NCBI GenBank assembly: GCA_964057225.1
Contig: OZ059897.1
Location: 22,754,001-22,818,000 of the forward strand
Direction of reading: 5' to 3'
DNA from: Auanema rhodensis
Taxonomy: Eukaryota > Animalia > Nematoda
DNA length: 64,000 nt
The notes under the pieces were generated by a model, which saw nothing but the letters and a program-made list of their open reading frames with translations, did no database searches and was not told the DNA's origin. A program made the translations under genes and the position numbers. Shown piece by piece: positions 28,301 to 42,700 of the stretch. Position 1 is the stretch's first letter, and the number at the start of each line of letters is the position of its first letter.

Positions 28301-31300
28301 ATGGGGAATCTAATTTTGAAAACCGCATCTCTTTATCTTTCACGTGAAGCGAGTTACATACCAAGTGCACATCACGTGTACATTTAATTAGCATAAATTA
28401 AAGTTCACGTAAATTTCAAAGTCATGGTTACCATGCACCAATATCAATAAAAATTTGTTTTTAGACTAATATGGACATGGGGAATCTAATTTTGAAAACC
28501 GCATCTCTTTATCTTTCACGTGAAGCGAGTTACATACCAAGTGCACATCACGTGTACATTTAATTAGCATAAATTAAAGTTCACGTAAAATTCAAAGTCA
28601 TGGTTACCATGCACCAATATCAATAAAAATTTGTTTTTAGACTAATATGGACATGGGGAATCTAATTTTGAAAACCGCATCTCTTCATCTTTCACGTGAA
28701 GCGAGTTACATACCAAGTGCCCATCACGTGTACATTTAATTAGCATAAATTAAAGTTCACGTAAATTTCAAAGTCATGGTTACCATGCACCAATATCAAT
28801 AAAAATTTGTTTTTAGACTAATATGGACATGGGGAATCTAATTTTGAAAACCGCATCTCTTTATCTTTCACGTGAAGCGAGTTACATACCAAGTGCACAT
28901 CACGTGTACATTTAATTAGCATAAATTAAAGTTCACGTAAATTTCAAAGTCATGGTTACCATGCACCAATATCAATAAAAATTTGTTTTTAGACTAATAT
29001 GGACATGGGGAATCTAATTTTGAAAACCGCATCTCTTTATCTTTCACGTGAAGCGAGTTACATACCAAGTGCACATCACGTGTACATTTAATTAGCATAA
29101 ATTAAAGTTCACGTAAATTTCAAAGTCATGGTTACCATGCACCAATATCAATAAAAATTTGTTTTTAGACTAATATGGACATGGGGAATCTAATTTTAAA
29201 AAACCGCATCTCTTTATCTTTCACGTGAAGCGAGTTACATACCAAGTGCACATCACGTGTACATTTAATTAGCATAAATTAAAATTCACGTAAATTTCAA
29301 AGTCATGGTTACCATGCACCAATATCAATAAAAATTTGTTTTTAAACTAATATGGACATGGGGAATCTAATTTTGAAAACCGCATCTCTTTATCTTTCAC
29401 GTGAAGCGAGTTACATACCAAGTGCACATCACGTGTACATTAAATTAGCATAAATAAAAGTTCACGTAAATTTCAAAGTCATGGTTACCATGAACCAATA
29501 TCAATAAAAATTTGTTTTTAGACTAATATGGACATGGGGAATCTAATTTTGAAAACCGCATCTCTTTATCTTTCACGTGACGCGAGTTACATACCAAGTG
29601 CACATCACGTGTACATTTAATTAGCATAAATTAAAGTTCACGTAAATTTCAAAGTCATGGTTACCATGAACCAATATCAATAAAAATTTGTTTTTAGACT
29701 AATATGGACATGGGGAATCTAATTTTGAAAACCGCATCTCTTTATCTTTCACGTGAAGCGAGTTACATACCAAGTGCACATCACGTGTACATTTAATTAG
29801 CATAAATTAAAGTTCACGTAAAATTCAAAGTCATGGTTACCATGCACCAATATCAATAAAAATTTGTTTTTAGACTAATATGGACATGGGGAATCTAATT
29901 TTGAAAACCGCATCTCTTTATCTTTCACGTGAAGCGAGTTACATACCAAGTGCACATCACGTGTACATTTAATTAGCATAAATTAAAGTTCACGTAAATT
30001 TCAAAGTCATGGTTACCATGAACCAATATCAATAAAAATTTGTTTTTAGACTAATATGGACATGGGGAATCTAATTTTGAAAACCGCATCTCTTTATCTT
30101 TCACGTGAAGCAAGTTACATACCAAGTGCACATCACGTGTACATTTAATTAGCATAAATTAAAGTTCACGTAAATTTCAAAGTCATGGTTACCATGAACT
30201 AATATCAATAAAAATTTGTTTTTAGACTAATATGGACATGGGGAATCTAATTTTGAAAACCGCATCTCTTTATCTTTCACGTGAAGCGAGTTACATACCA
30301 AGTGCACATCACGTGTACATTTAATTAGCATAAATTAAAGTTCACGTAAATTTCAAAGTCATGGTTACCATGAACCAATATCAATAAAAATTTGTTTTTA
30401 GACTAATATGGATATGGGGAATCTAATTTTGAAAACCGCATCTCTTTATCTTTCACGTGAAGCGAGTTACATACCAAGTGCACATCACGTGTACATTTAA
30501 TTAGCATAAATTAAAGTTCACGTAAATTTCAAAGTCATGGTTACCATGAACCAATATCAATAAAAATTTGTTTTTAGACTAATGTGGACATGGGGAATCT
30601 AACTTTGAAAACCGCATCTCTTTATCTTTCACGTGAAGCGAGTTACATACCAAGTGCACATCACGTGTACATTTAATTAGCATAAATTAAAGTTCACGTA
30701 AATTTCAAAGTCATGGTTACCATGAACCAATATCAATAAAAATTTGTTTTTAGACTAATATGGACATGGGGAATCTAATTTTGAAAACCGCATCTCTTTA
30801 TCTTTCACGTGAAGCGAGTTACATACCAAGTGCACATCACGTGTACATTTAATTAGCATAAATTAAAGTTCACGTAAATTTCAAAGTCATGGTTACCATG
30901 CACCAATATCAATAAAAATTTGTTTTTAGACTAATATGGACATGGGGAATCTAATTTTGAAAACCGCATCTCTTTATCTTTCACGTGAAGCGAGTTACAT
31001 ACCAAGTGCACATCACGTGTACATTTAATTAGCATAAATTAAAGTTCACGTAAAATTCAAAGTCATGGTTACCATGCACCAATATCAATAAAAATTTGTT
31101 TTTAGACTAATATGGACATGGGGAATCTAATTTTGAAAACCGCATCTCTTCATCTTTCACGTGAAGCGAGTTACATACCAAGTGCCCATCACGTGTACAT
31201 TTAATTAGCATAAATTAAAGTTCACGTAAATTTCAAAGTCATGGTTACCATGCACCAATATCAATAAAAATTTGTTTTTAGACTAATATGGACATGGGGA

Positions 31301-33795
31301 ATCTAATTTTGAAAACCGCATCTCTTTATCTTTCACGTGAAGCGAGTTACATACCAAGTGCACATCACGTGTACATTTAATTAGCATAAATTAAAGTTCA
31401 CGTAAATTTCAAAGTCATGGTTACCATGCACCAATATCAATAAAAATTTGTTTTTAGACTAATATGGACATGGGGAATCTAATTTTGAAAACCGCATCTC
31501 TTTATCTTTCACGTGAAGCGAGTTACATACCAAGTGCACATCACGTGTACATTTAATTAGCATAAATTAAAGTTCACGTAAATTTCAAAGTCATGGTTAC
31601 CATGCACCAATATCAATAAAAATTTGTTTTTAGACTAATATGGACATGGGGAATCTAATTTTAAAAAACCGCATCTCTTTATCTTTCACGTGAAGCGAGT
31701 TACATACCAAGTGCACATCACGTGTACATTTAATTAGCATAAATTAAAATTCACGTAAATTTCAAAGTCATGGTTACCATGCACCAATATCAATAAAAAT
31801 TTGTTTTTAAACTAATATGGACATGGGGAATCTAATTTTGAAAACCGCATCTCTTTATCTTTCACGTGAAGCGAGTTACATACCAAGTGCACATCACGTG
31901 TACATTAAATTAGCATAAATAAAAGTTCACGTAAATTTCAAAGTCATGGTTACCATGAACCAATATCAATAAAAATTTGTTTTTAGACTAATATGGACAT
32001 GGGGAATCTAATTTTGAAAACCGCATCTCTTTATCTTTCACGTGAAGCGAGTTACATACCAAGTGCACATCACGTGTACATTTAATTAGCATAAATTAAA
32101 GTTCACGTAAATTTCAAAGTCATGGTTACCATGCACCAATATCAATAAAAATTTGTTTTTAAACTAATATGGACATGGGGAATCCAATTTTGAAAACCGC
32201 ATCTCTTTATCTTTCACGTGAAGCGAGTTACATACCAAGTGCACATCACGTGTACATTTAATTAGCATAAATTAAAGTTCACGTAAATTTCAAAGTCATG
32301 GTTACCATGAACCAATATCAATAAAAATTTGTTTTTAGACTAATATGGACATGGGGAATCTAATTTTGAAAACCGCATCTCTTTATCTTTCACGTGAAGC
32401 GAGTTACATACCAAGTGCACATCACGTGTACATTTAATTAGCATAAATTAAAGTTCACGTAAATTTCAAAGTCATGGTTACCATGAACCAATATCAATAA
32501 AAATTTGTTTTTAGACTAATATGGACATGGGGAATCTAATTTTGAAAACCGCATCTCTTTATCTTTCACGTGAAGCGAGTTACATACCAAGTGCACATCA
32601 CGTGTACATTTAATTAGCATAAATTAAAGTTCACGTAAATTTCAAAGTCATGGTTACCATGCACCAATATCAATAAAAATTTGTTTTTAGACTAATATGG
32701 ACATGGGGAATCTAATTTTGAAAACCGCATCTCTTTATCTTTCACGTGAAGCGAGTTACATACCAAGTGCACATCACGTGTACATTTAATTAGCATAAAT
32801 TAAAGTTCACGTAAAATTCAAAGTCATGGTTACCATGCACCAATATCAATAAAAATTTGTTTTTAGACTAATATGGACATGGGGAATCTAATTTTGAAAA
32901 CCGCATCTCTTCATCTTTCACGTGAAGCGAGTTACATACCAAGTGCCCATCACGTGTACATTTAATTAGCATAAATTAAAGTTCACGTAAATTTCAAAGT
33001 CATGGTTACCATGCACCAATATCAATAAAAATTTGTTTTTAGACTAATATGGACATGGGGAATCTAATTTTGAAAACCGCATCTCTTTATCTTTCACGTG
33101 AAGCGAGTTACATACCAAGTGCACATCACGTGTACATTTAATTAGCATAAATTAAAGTTCACGTAAATTTCAAAGTCATGGTTACCATGCACCAATATCA
33201 ATAAAAATTTGTTTTTAGACTAATATGGACATGGGGAATCTAATTTTGAAAACCGCATCTCTTTATCTTTCACGTGAAGCGAGTTACATACCAAGTGCAC
33301 ATCACGTGTACATTTAATTAGCATAAATTAAAGTTCACGTAAATTTCAAAGTCATGGTTACCATGCACCAATATCAATAAAAATTTGTTTTTAGACTAAT
33401 ATGGACATGGGGAATCTAATTTTAAAAAACCGCATCTCTTTATCTTTCACGTGAAGCGAGTTACATACCAAGTGCACATCACGTGTACATTTAATTAGCA
33501 TAAATTAAAATTCACGTAAATTTCAAAGTCATGGTTACCATGCACCAATATCAATAAAAATTTGTTTTTAAACTAATATGGACATGGGGAATCTAATTTT
33601 GAAAACCGCATCTCTTTATCTTTCACGTGAAGCGAGTTACATACCAAGTGCACATCACGTGTACATTAAATTAGCATAAATAAAAGTTCACGTAAATTTC
33701 AAAGTCATGGTTACCATGAACCAATATCAATAAAAATTTGTTTTTAGACTAATATGGACATGGGGAATCTAATTTTGAAAACCGCATCTCTTTAT
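25344..33795 (+). repeat. Near-perfect 24-monomer HOR (4226 bp) x2, each with an internal 10-monomer (1761 bp) duplication
   Basis: A12C at 25355 and 29581; +1 insertions at 27437/29198 and 31663/33424. The only difference seen between the copies is G137A at 28121. Confidence 0.9.
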
Positions 33796-36700
33796 CTTTC
33801 ACGTGAAGCGAGTTACATACCAAGTGCACATCACGTGTACATTTAATTAGCATAAATTAAAGTTCACGTAAATTTCAAAGTCATGGTTACCATGCACCAA
33901 TATCAATAAAAATTTGTTTTTAAACTAATATGGACATGGGGAATCCAATTTTGAAAACCGCATCTCTTTATCTTTCACGTGAAGCGAGTTACATACCAAG
34001 TGCACATCACGTGTACATTTAATTAGCATAAATTAAAGTTCACGTAAATTTCAAAGTCATGGTTACCATGAACCAATATCAATAAAAATTTGTTTTTAGA
34101 CTAATATGGACATGGGGAATCTAATTTTGAAAACCGCATCTCTTTATCTTTCACGTGAAGCGAGTTACATACCAAGTGCACATCACGTGTACATTTAATT
34201 AGCATAAATTAAAGTTCACGTAAATTTCAAAGTCATGGTTACCATGCACCAATATCAATAAAAATTTGTTTTTAAACTAATATGGACATGGGGAATCTAA
34301 TTTTGAAAACCGCATCTCTTTATCTTTCACGTGAAGCGAGTTACATACCAAGTGCACATCACGTGTACATTTAATTAGCATAAATTAAAGTTCACGTAAA
34401 TTTCAAAGTCATGGTTACCATGCACCAATATCAATAAAAATTTGTTTTTAGACTAATATGGACATGGGGAATCTAATTTTGAAAACCGCATCTCTTTATC
34501 TTTCACATGAAGCGAGTTACATACCAAGTGCACATCACGTGTACATTTAATTAGCATAAATTAAAGTTCACGTAAATTTCAAAGTCATGGTTACCATGAA
34601 CCAATATCAATAAAAATTTGTTTTTAGACTAATATGGACATGGGGAATCTAATTTTGAAAACCGCATCTCTTTATCTTTCACGTGAAGCGAGTTACATAC
34701 CAAGTGCACATCACGTATACATTTAATTAGCATAAATTAAAGTTCACGTAAATTTCAAAGTCATGGTTACCATGAACCAATATCAATAAAAATTTGTTTT
34801 TAGACTAATATGGACATGGGGAATCTAATTTTGAAAACCGCATCTCTTTATCTTTCACGTGAAGCGAGTTACATACCAAGTGCACATCACGTGTACATTT
34901 AATTAGCATAAATTAAAGTTCACGTAAATTTCAAAGTCATGGTTACCATGCACCAATATCAATAAAAATTTGTTTTTAAACTAATATGGACATGGGGAAT
35001 CTAATTTTGAAAACCGCATCTCTTTATCTTTCACGTGAAGCGAGTTACATACCAAGTGCACATCACGTGTACATTTAATTAGCATAAATTAAAGTTCACG
35101 TAAATTTCAAAGTCATGGTTACCATGCACCAATATCAATAAAAATTTGTTTTTAGACTAATATGGACATGGGGAATCTAATTTTGAAAACCGCATCTCTT
35201 TATCTTTCACATGAAGCGAGTTACATACCAAGTGCACATCACGTGTACATTTAATTAGCATAAATTAAAGTTCACGTAAATTTCAAAGTCATGGTTACCA
35301 TGAACCAATATCAATAAAAATTTGTTTTTAGACTAATATGGACATGGGGAATCTAATTTTGAAAACCGCATCTCTTTATCTTTCACGTGAAGCGAGTTAC
35401 ATACCAAGTGCACATCACGTATACATTTAATTAGCATAAATTAAAGTTCACGTAAATTTCAAAGTCATGGTTACCATGAACCAATATCAATAAAAATTTG
35501 TTTTCAGACTAATATGGACATGGGGAATCTAGTTTTGAAAACCGCATCTCTTTATCTTTCACGTGAAGCGAGTTACATACCAAGTGCACATCACGTGTAC
35601 ATTTAATTAGCATAAATTAAAATTCACGTAAATTTCAAAGTCATGGTTACCATGCACCAATATCAATAAAAATTTGTTTTAAACTAATATGGACATGGGG
35701 AATCTAATTTTGAAAACCGCATCTCTTTATCTTTCACGTGAAGCGAGTTACATACCAAGTGCACATCACGTGTACATTTAATTAGCATAAATAAAAGTTC
35801 ACGTAAATTTCAAAGTCATGGTTACCATGAACCAATATCAATAAAAATTTGTTTTTAGACTAATATGGACATGGGGAATCTAATTTTGAAAACCGCATCT
35901 CTTTATCTTTCACGTGAAGCGAGTTACATACCAAGTGCACATCACGTGTACATTTAATTAGCATAAATTAAAGTTCACGTAAATTTCAAAGTCATGGTTA
36001 CCATGCACCAATATCAATAAAAATTTGTTTTTAAACTAATATGGACATGGGGAATCTAATTTTGAAAACCGCATCTCTTTATCTTTCACGTGAAGCGAGT
36101 TACATACCAAGTGCACATCACGTGTACATTTAATTAGCATAAATTAAAGTTCACGTAAATTTCAAAGTCATGGTTACCATGAACCAATATCAATAAAAAT
36201 TTGTTTTTAGACTAATATGGACATGGGGAATCTAATTTTGAAAACCGCATCTCTTTATCTTTCACGTGAAGCGAGTTACATACCAAGTGCACATCACGTG
36301 TACATTTAATTAGCATAAATTAAAGTTCACGTAAATTTCAAAGTCATGGTTACCATGCACCAATATCAATAAAAATTTGTTTTTAAACTAATATGGACAT
36401 GGGGAATCTAATTTTGAAAACCGCATCTCTTTATCTTTCACGTGAAGCGAGTTACATACCAAGTGCACATCACGTGTACATTTAATTAGCATAAATTAAA
36501 GTTCACGTAAATTTCAAAGTCATGGTTACCATGCACCAATATCAATAAAAATTTGTTTTTAGACTAATATGGACATGGGGAATCTAATTTTGAAAACCGC
36601 ATCTCTTTATCTTTCACATGAAGCGAGTTACATACCAAGTGCACATCACGTGTACATTTAATTAGCATAAATTAAAGTTCACGTAAATTTCAAAGTCATG

Positions 36701-39700
36701 GTTACCATGAACCAATATCAATAAAAATTTGTTTTTAGACTAATATGGACATGGGGAATCTAATTTTGAAAACCGCATCTCTTTATCTTTCACGTGAAGC
36801 GAGTTACATACCAAGTGCACATCACGTATACATTTAATTAGCATAAATTAAAGTTCACGTAAATTTCAAAGTCATGGTTACCATGAACCAATATCAATAA
36901 AAATTTGTTTTTAGACTAATATGGACATGGGGAATCTAATTTTGAAAACCGAATCTCTTTATCTTTCACGTGAAGCGAGTTACATACCAAGTGCACATCA
37001 CGTGTACATTTAATTAGCATAAATTAAAGTTCACGTAAATTTCAAAGTCATGGTTACCATGCACCAATATCAATAAAAATTTGTTTTTAGACTAATATGG
37101 ACATGGGGAATCTAATTTTGAAAACCGAATCTCTTCATCTTTCACGTGAAGCGAGTTACATACCAAGTGCACATCACGTGTACATTTAATTAGCATAAAT
37201 TAAAGTTCACGTAAATTTCAAAGTCATGGTTACCATGAACCAATATCAATAAAAATTTGTTTTTAGACTAATATGGACATGGGGAATCTAATTTTGAAAA
37301 CCGCATCTCTTTATCTTTCACGTGAAGCGAGTTACATACCAAGTGCACATCACGTGTACATTTAATTAGCATAAATTAAAGTTCACGTAAATTTCAAAGT
37401 CATGGTTACCATGAACCAATATCAATAAAAATTTGTTTTTAGACTAATATGGACATGGGGAATCTAATTTTGAAAACCGCATCTCTTTATCTTTCACGTG
37501 AAGCGAGTTACATACCAAGTGCACATCACGTGTACATTTAATTAGCATAAATTAAAGTTCACGTAAATTTCAAAGTCATGGTTACCATGCACCAATATCA
37601 ATAAAAATTTGTTTTTAGACTAATATGGACATGGGGAATCTAATTTTGAAAACCGCATCTCTTTATCTTTCACGTGAAGCGAGTTACATACCAAGTGCAC
37701 ATCACGTGTACATTTAATTAGCATAAATTAAAGTTCACGTAAATTTCAAAGTCATGGTTACCATGAACCAATATCAATAAAAATTTGTTTTTAGACTAAT
37801 ATGGACATGGGGAATCTAATTTTGAAAACCGCATCTCTTTATCTTTCACGTGAAGCGAGTTACATACCAAGTGCACATCACGTGTACATTTAATTAGCAT
37901 AAATTAAAGTTCACGTAAATTTCAAAGTCATGGTTACCATGAACCAATATCAATAAAAATTTGTTTTTAGACTAATATGGACATGGGGAATCTAATTTTG
38001 AAAACCGCATCTCTTTATCTTTCACGTGAAGCGAGTTACATACCAAGTGCACATCACGTGTACATTTAATTAGCATAAATTAAAGTTCACGTAAATTTCA
38101 AAGTCATGGTTACCATGCACCAATATCAATAAAAATTTGTTTTTAAACTAATATGGACATGGGGAATCTAATTTTGAAAACCGCATCTCTTTATCTTTCA
38201 CGTGAAGCGAGTTACATACCAAGTGCACATCACGTGTACATTTAATTAGCATAAATTAAAGTTCACGTAAATTTCAAAGTCATGGTTACCATGAACCAAT
38301 ATCAATAAAAATTTGTTTTTAGACTAATATGGACATGGGGAATCTAATTTTGAAAACCGCATCTCTTTATCTTTCACGTGAAGCGAGTTACATACCAAGT
38401 GCACATCACGTGTACATTTAATTAGCATAAATTAAAGTTCACGTAAATTTCAAAGTCATGGTTACCATGCACCAATATCAATAAAAATTTGTTTTTAAAC
38501 TAATATGGACATGGGGAATCTAATTTTGAAAACCGCATCTCTTTATCTTTCACGTGAAGCGAGTTACATACCAAGTGCACATCACGTGTACATTTAATTA
38601 GCATAAATTAAAGTTCACGTAAATTTCAAAGTCATGGTTACCATGCACCAATATCAATAAAAATTTGTTTTTAGACTAATATGGACATGGGGAATCTAAT
38701 TTTGAAAACCGCATCTCTTTATCTTTCACATGAAGCGAGTTACATACCAAGTGCACATCACGTGTACATTTAATTAGCATAAATTAAAGTTCACGTAAAT
38801 TTCAAAGTCATGGTTACCATGAACCAATATCAATAAAAATTTGTTTTTAGACTAATATGGACATGGGGAATCTAATTTTGAAAACCGCATCTCTTTATCT
38901 TTCACGTGAAGCGAGTTACATACCAAGTGCACATCACGTGTACATTTAATTAGCATAAATTAAAGTTCACGTAAATTTCAAAGTCATGGTTACCATGCAC
39001 CAATATCAATAAAAATTTGTTTTTAGACTAATATGGACATGGGGAATCTAATTTTGAAAACCGCATCTCTTTATCTTTCACGTGAAGCGAGTTACATACC
39101 AAGTGCACATCACGTGTACATTTAATTAGCATAAATTAAAATTCACGTAAATTTCAAAGTCATGGTTACCATGCACCAATATCAATAAAAATTTGTTTTA
39201 AACTAATATGGACATGGGGAATCTAATTTTGAAAACCGCATCTCTTTATCTTTCACGTGAAGCGAGTTACATACCAAGTGCACATCACGTGTACATTTAA
39301 TTAGCATAAATTAAAGTTCACGTAAATTTCAAAGTCATGGTTACCATGCACCAATATCAATAAAAATTTGTTTTTAAACTAATATGGACATGGGGAATCT
39401 AATTTTGAAAACCGCATCTCTTTATCTTTCACGTGAAGCGAGTTACATACCAAGTGCACATCACGTGTACATTTAATTAGCATAAATAAAAGTTCACGTA
39501 AATTTCAAAGTCATGGTTACCATGAACCAATATCAATAAAAATTTGTTTTTAGACTAATATGGACATGGGGAATCTAATTTTGAAAACCGCATCTCTTTA
39601 TCTTTTACGTGAAGCGAGTTACATACCAAGTGCACATCACGTGTACATTTAATTAGCATAAATTAAAGTTCACGTAAATTTCAAAGTCATGGTTACCATG

Positions 39701-42700
39701 AACCAATATCAATAAAAATTTGTTTTTAGACTAATATGGACATGGGGAATCTAATTTTGAAAACCGCATCTCTTTATCTTTCACGTGAAGCGAGTTACAT
39801 ACCAAGTGCACATCACGTGTACATTTAATTAGCATAAATTAAAGTTCACGTAAATTTCAAAGTCATGGTTACCATGCACCAATATCAATAAAAATTTGTT
39901 TTTAGACTAATATGGACATGGGGAATCTAATTTTGAAAACCGCATCTCTTTAACTTTCACGTGAAGCGAGTTACATACCAAGTGCACATCACGTGTACAT
40001 TTAATTAGCATAAATTAAAGTTCACGTAAATTTCAAAGTCATGGTTACCATGAACCAATATCAATAAAAATTTGTTTTTAGACTAATATGGACATGGGGA
40101 ATCTAATTTTGAAAACCGCATCTCTTTATCTTTCACGTGAAGCGAGTTACATACCAAGTGCACATCACGTGTACATTTAATTAGCATAAATAAAAGTTCA
40201 CGTAAATTTCAAAGTCATGGTTACCATGAACCAATATCAATAAAAATTTGTTTTTAAACTAATATGGACATGGGGAATCTAATTTTGAAAACCGCATCTC
40301 TTTATCTTTCACGTGAAGCGAGTTACATACCAAGTGCACATCACGTGTACATTTAATTAGCATAAATTAAAGTTCACGTAAATTTCAAAGTCATGGTTAC
40401 CATGAACCAATATCAATAAAAATTTGTTTTTAAACTAATATGGACATGGGGAATCTAATTTTGAAAACCGCATCTCTTTATCTTTCACGTGAAGCGAGTT
40501 ACATACCAAGTGCACATCACGTGTACATTTAATTAGCATAAATTAAAGTTCACGTAAATTTCAAAGTCATGGTTACCATGAACCAATATCAATAAAAATT
40601 TGTTTTTAGACTAATATGGACATGGGGAATCTAATTTTGAAAACCGCATCTCTTTATCTTTCACGTGAAGCGAGTTACATACCAAGTGCACATCACGTGT
40701 ACATTTAATTAGCATAAATTAAAGTTCACGTAAATTTCAAAGTCATGGTTACCATGCACCAATATCAATAAAAATTTGTTTTTAGACTAATATGGACATG
40801 GGGAATCTAATTTTGAAAACCGCATCTCTTTATCTTTCACGTGAAGCGAGTTACATACCAAGTGCACATCACGTGTACATTTAATTAGCATAAATTAAAG
40901 TTCACGTAAATTTCAAAGTCTTGGTTACCATGCACCAATATCAATAAAAATTTGTTTTTAGACTAATATGGACATGGGGAATCTAATTTTGAAAACCGCA
41001 TCTCTTTATCTTTCACGTGAAGCGAGTTACATACCAAGTGCACATCACGTGTACATTTAATTAGCATAAATTAAAGTTCACGTAAATTTCAAAGTCATGG
41101 TTACCATGAACCAATATCAATAAAAATTTGTTTTTAGACTAATATGGACATGGGGAATCTAATTTTGAAAACCGCATCTCTTTATCTTTCACGTGAAGCG
41201 AGTTACATACCAAGTGCACATCACGTGTACATTTAATTAGCATAAATTAAAGTTCACGTAAATTTCAAAGTCATGGTTACCATGAACCAATATCAATAAA
41301 AATTTGTTTTTAGACTAATATGGACATGGGGAATCTAATTTTGAAAACCGCATCTCTTTATCTTTCACGTGAAGCGAGTTACATACCAAGTGCACATCAC
41401 GTGTACATTTAATTAGCATAAATTAAAGTTCACGTAAATTTCAAAGTCATGGTTACCATGCACCAATATCAATAAAAATTTGTTTTTAAACTAATATGGA
41501 CATGGGGAATCTAATTTTGAAAACCGCATCTCTTTATCTTTCACGTGAAGCGAGTTACATACCAAGTGCACATCACGTGTACATTTAATTAGCATAAATT
41601 AAAGTTCACGTAAATTTCAAAGTCATGGTTACCATGAACCAATATCAATAAAAATTTGTTTTTAGACTAATATGGACATGGGGAATCTAATTTTGAAAAC
41701 CGCATCTCTTTATCTTTCACGTGAAGCGAGTTACATACCAAGTGCACATCACGTGTACATTTAATTAGCATAAATTAAAGTTCACGTAAATTTCAAAGTC
41801 ATGGTTACCATGCACCAATATCAATAAAAATTTGTTTTTAAACTAATATGGACATGGGGAATCTAATTTTGAAAACCGCATCTCTTTATCTTTCACGTGA
41901 AGCGAGTTACATACCAAGTGCACATCACGTGTACATTTAATTAGCATAAATTAAAGTTCACGTAAATTTCAAAGTCATGGTTACCATGCACCAATATCAA
42001 TAAAAATTTGTTTTTAGACTAATATGGACATGGGGAATCTAATTTTGAAAACCGCATCTCTTTATCTTTCACGTGAAGCGAGTTACATACCAAGTGCACA
42101 TCACGTGTACATTTAATTAGCATAAATTAAAGTTCACGTAAATTTCAAAGTCATGGTTACCATGCACCAATATCAATAAAAATTTGTTTTTAGACTAATA
42201 TGGACATGGGGAATCTAATTTTGAAAACCGCATCTCTTTATCTTTCACGTGAAGCGAGTTACATACCAAGTGCACATCACGTGTACATTTAATTAGCATA
42301 AATTAAAATTCACGTAAATTTCAAAGTCATGGTTACCATGCACCAATATCAATAAAAATTTGTTTTAAACTAATATGGACATGGGGAATCTAATTTTGAA
42401 AACCGCATCTCTTTATCTTTCACGTGAAGCGAGTTACATACCAAGTGCACATCACGTGTACATTTAATTAGCATAAATTAAAGTTCACGTAAATTTCAAA
42501 GTCATGGTTACCATGCACCAATATCAATAAAAATTTGTTTTTAAACTAATATGGACATGGGGAATCTAATTTTGAAAACCGCATCTCTTTATCTTTCACG
42601 TGAAGCGAGTTACATACCAAGTGCACATCACGTGTACATTTAATTAGCATAAATTAAAGTTCACGTAAATTTCAAAGTCATGGTTACCATGAACCAATAT

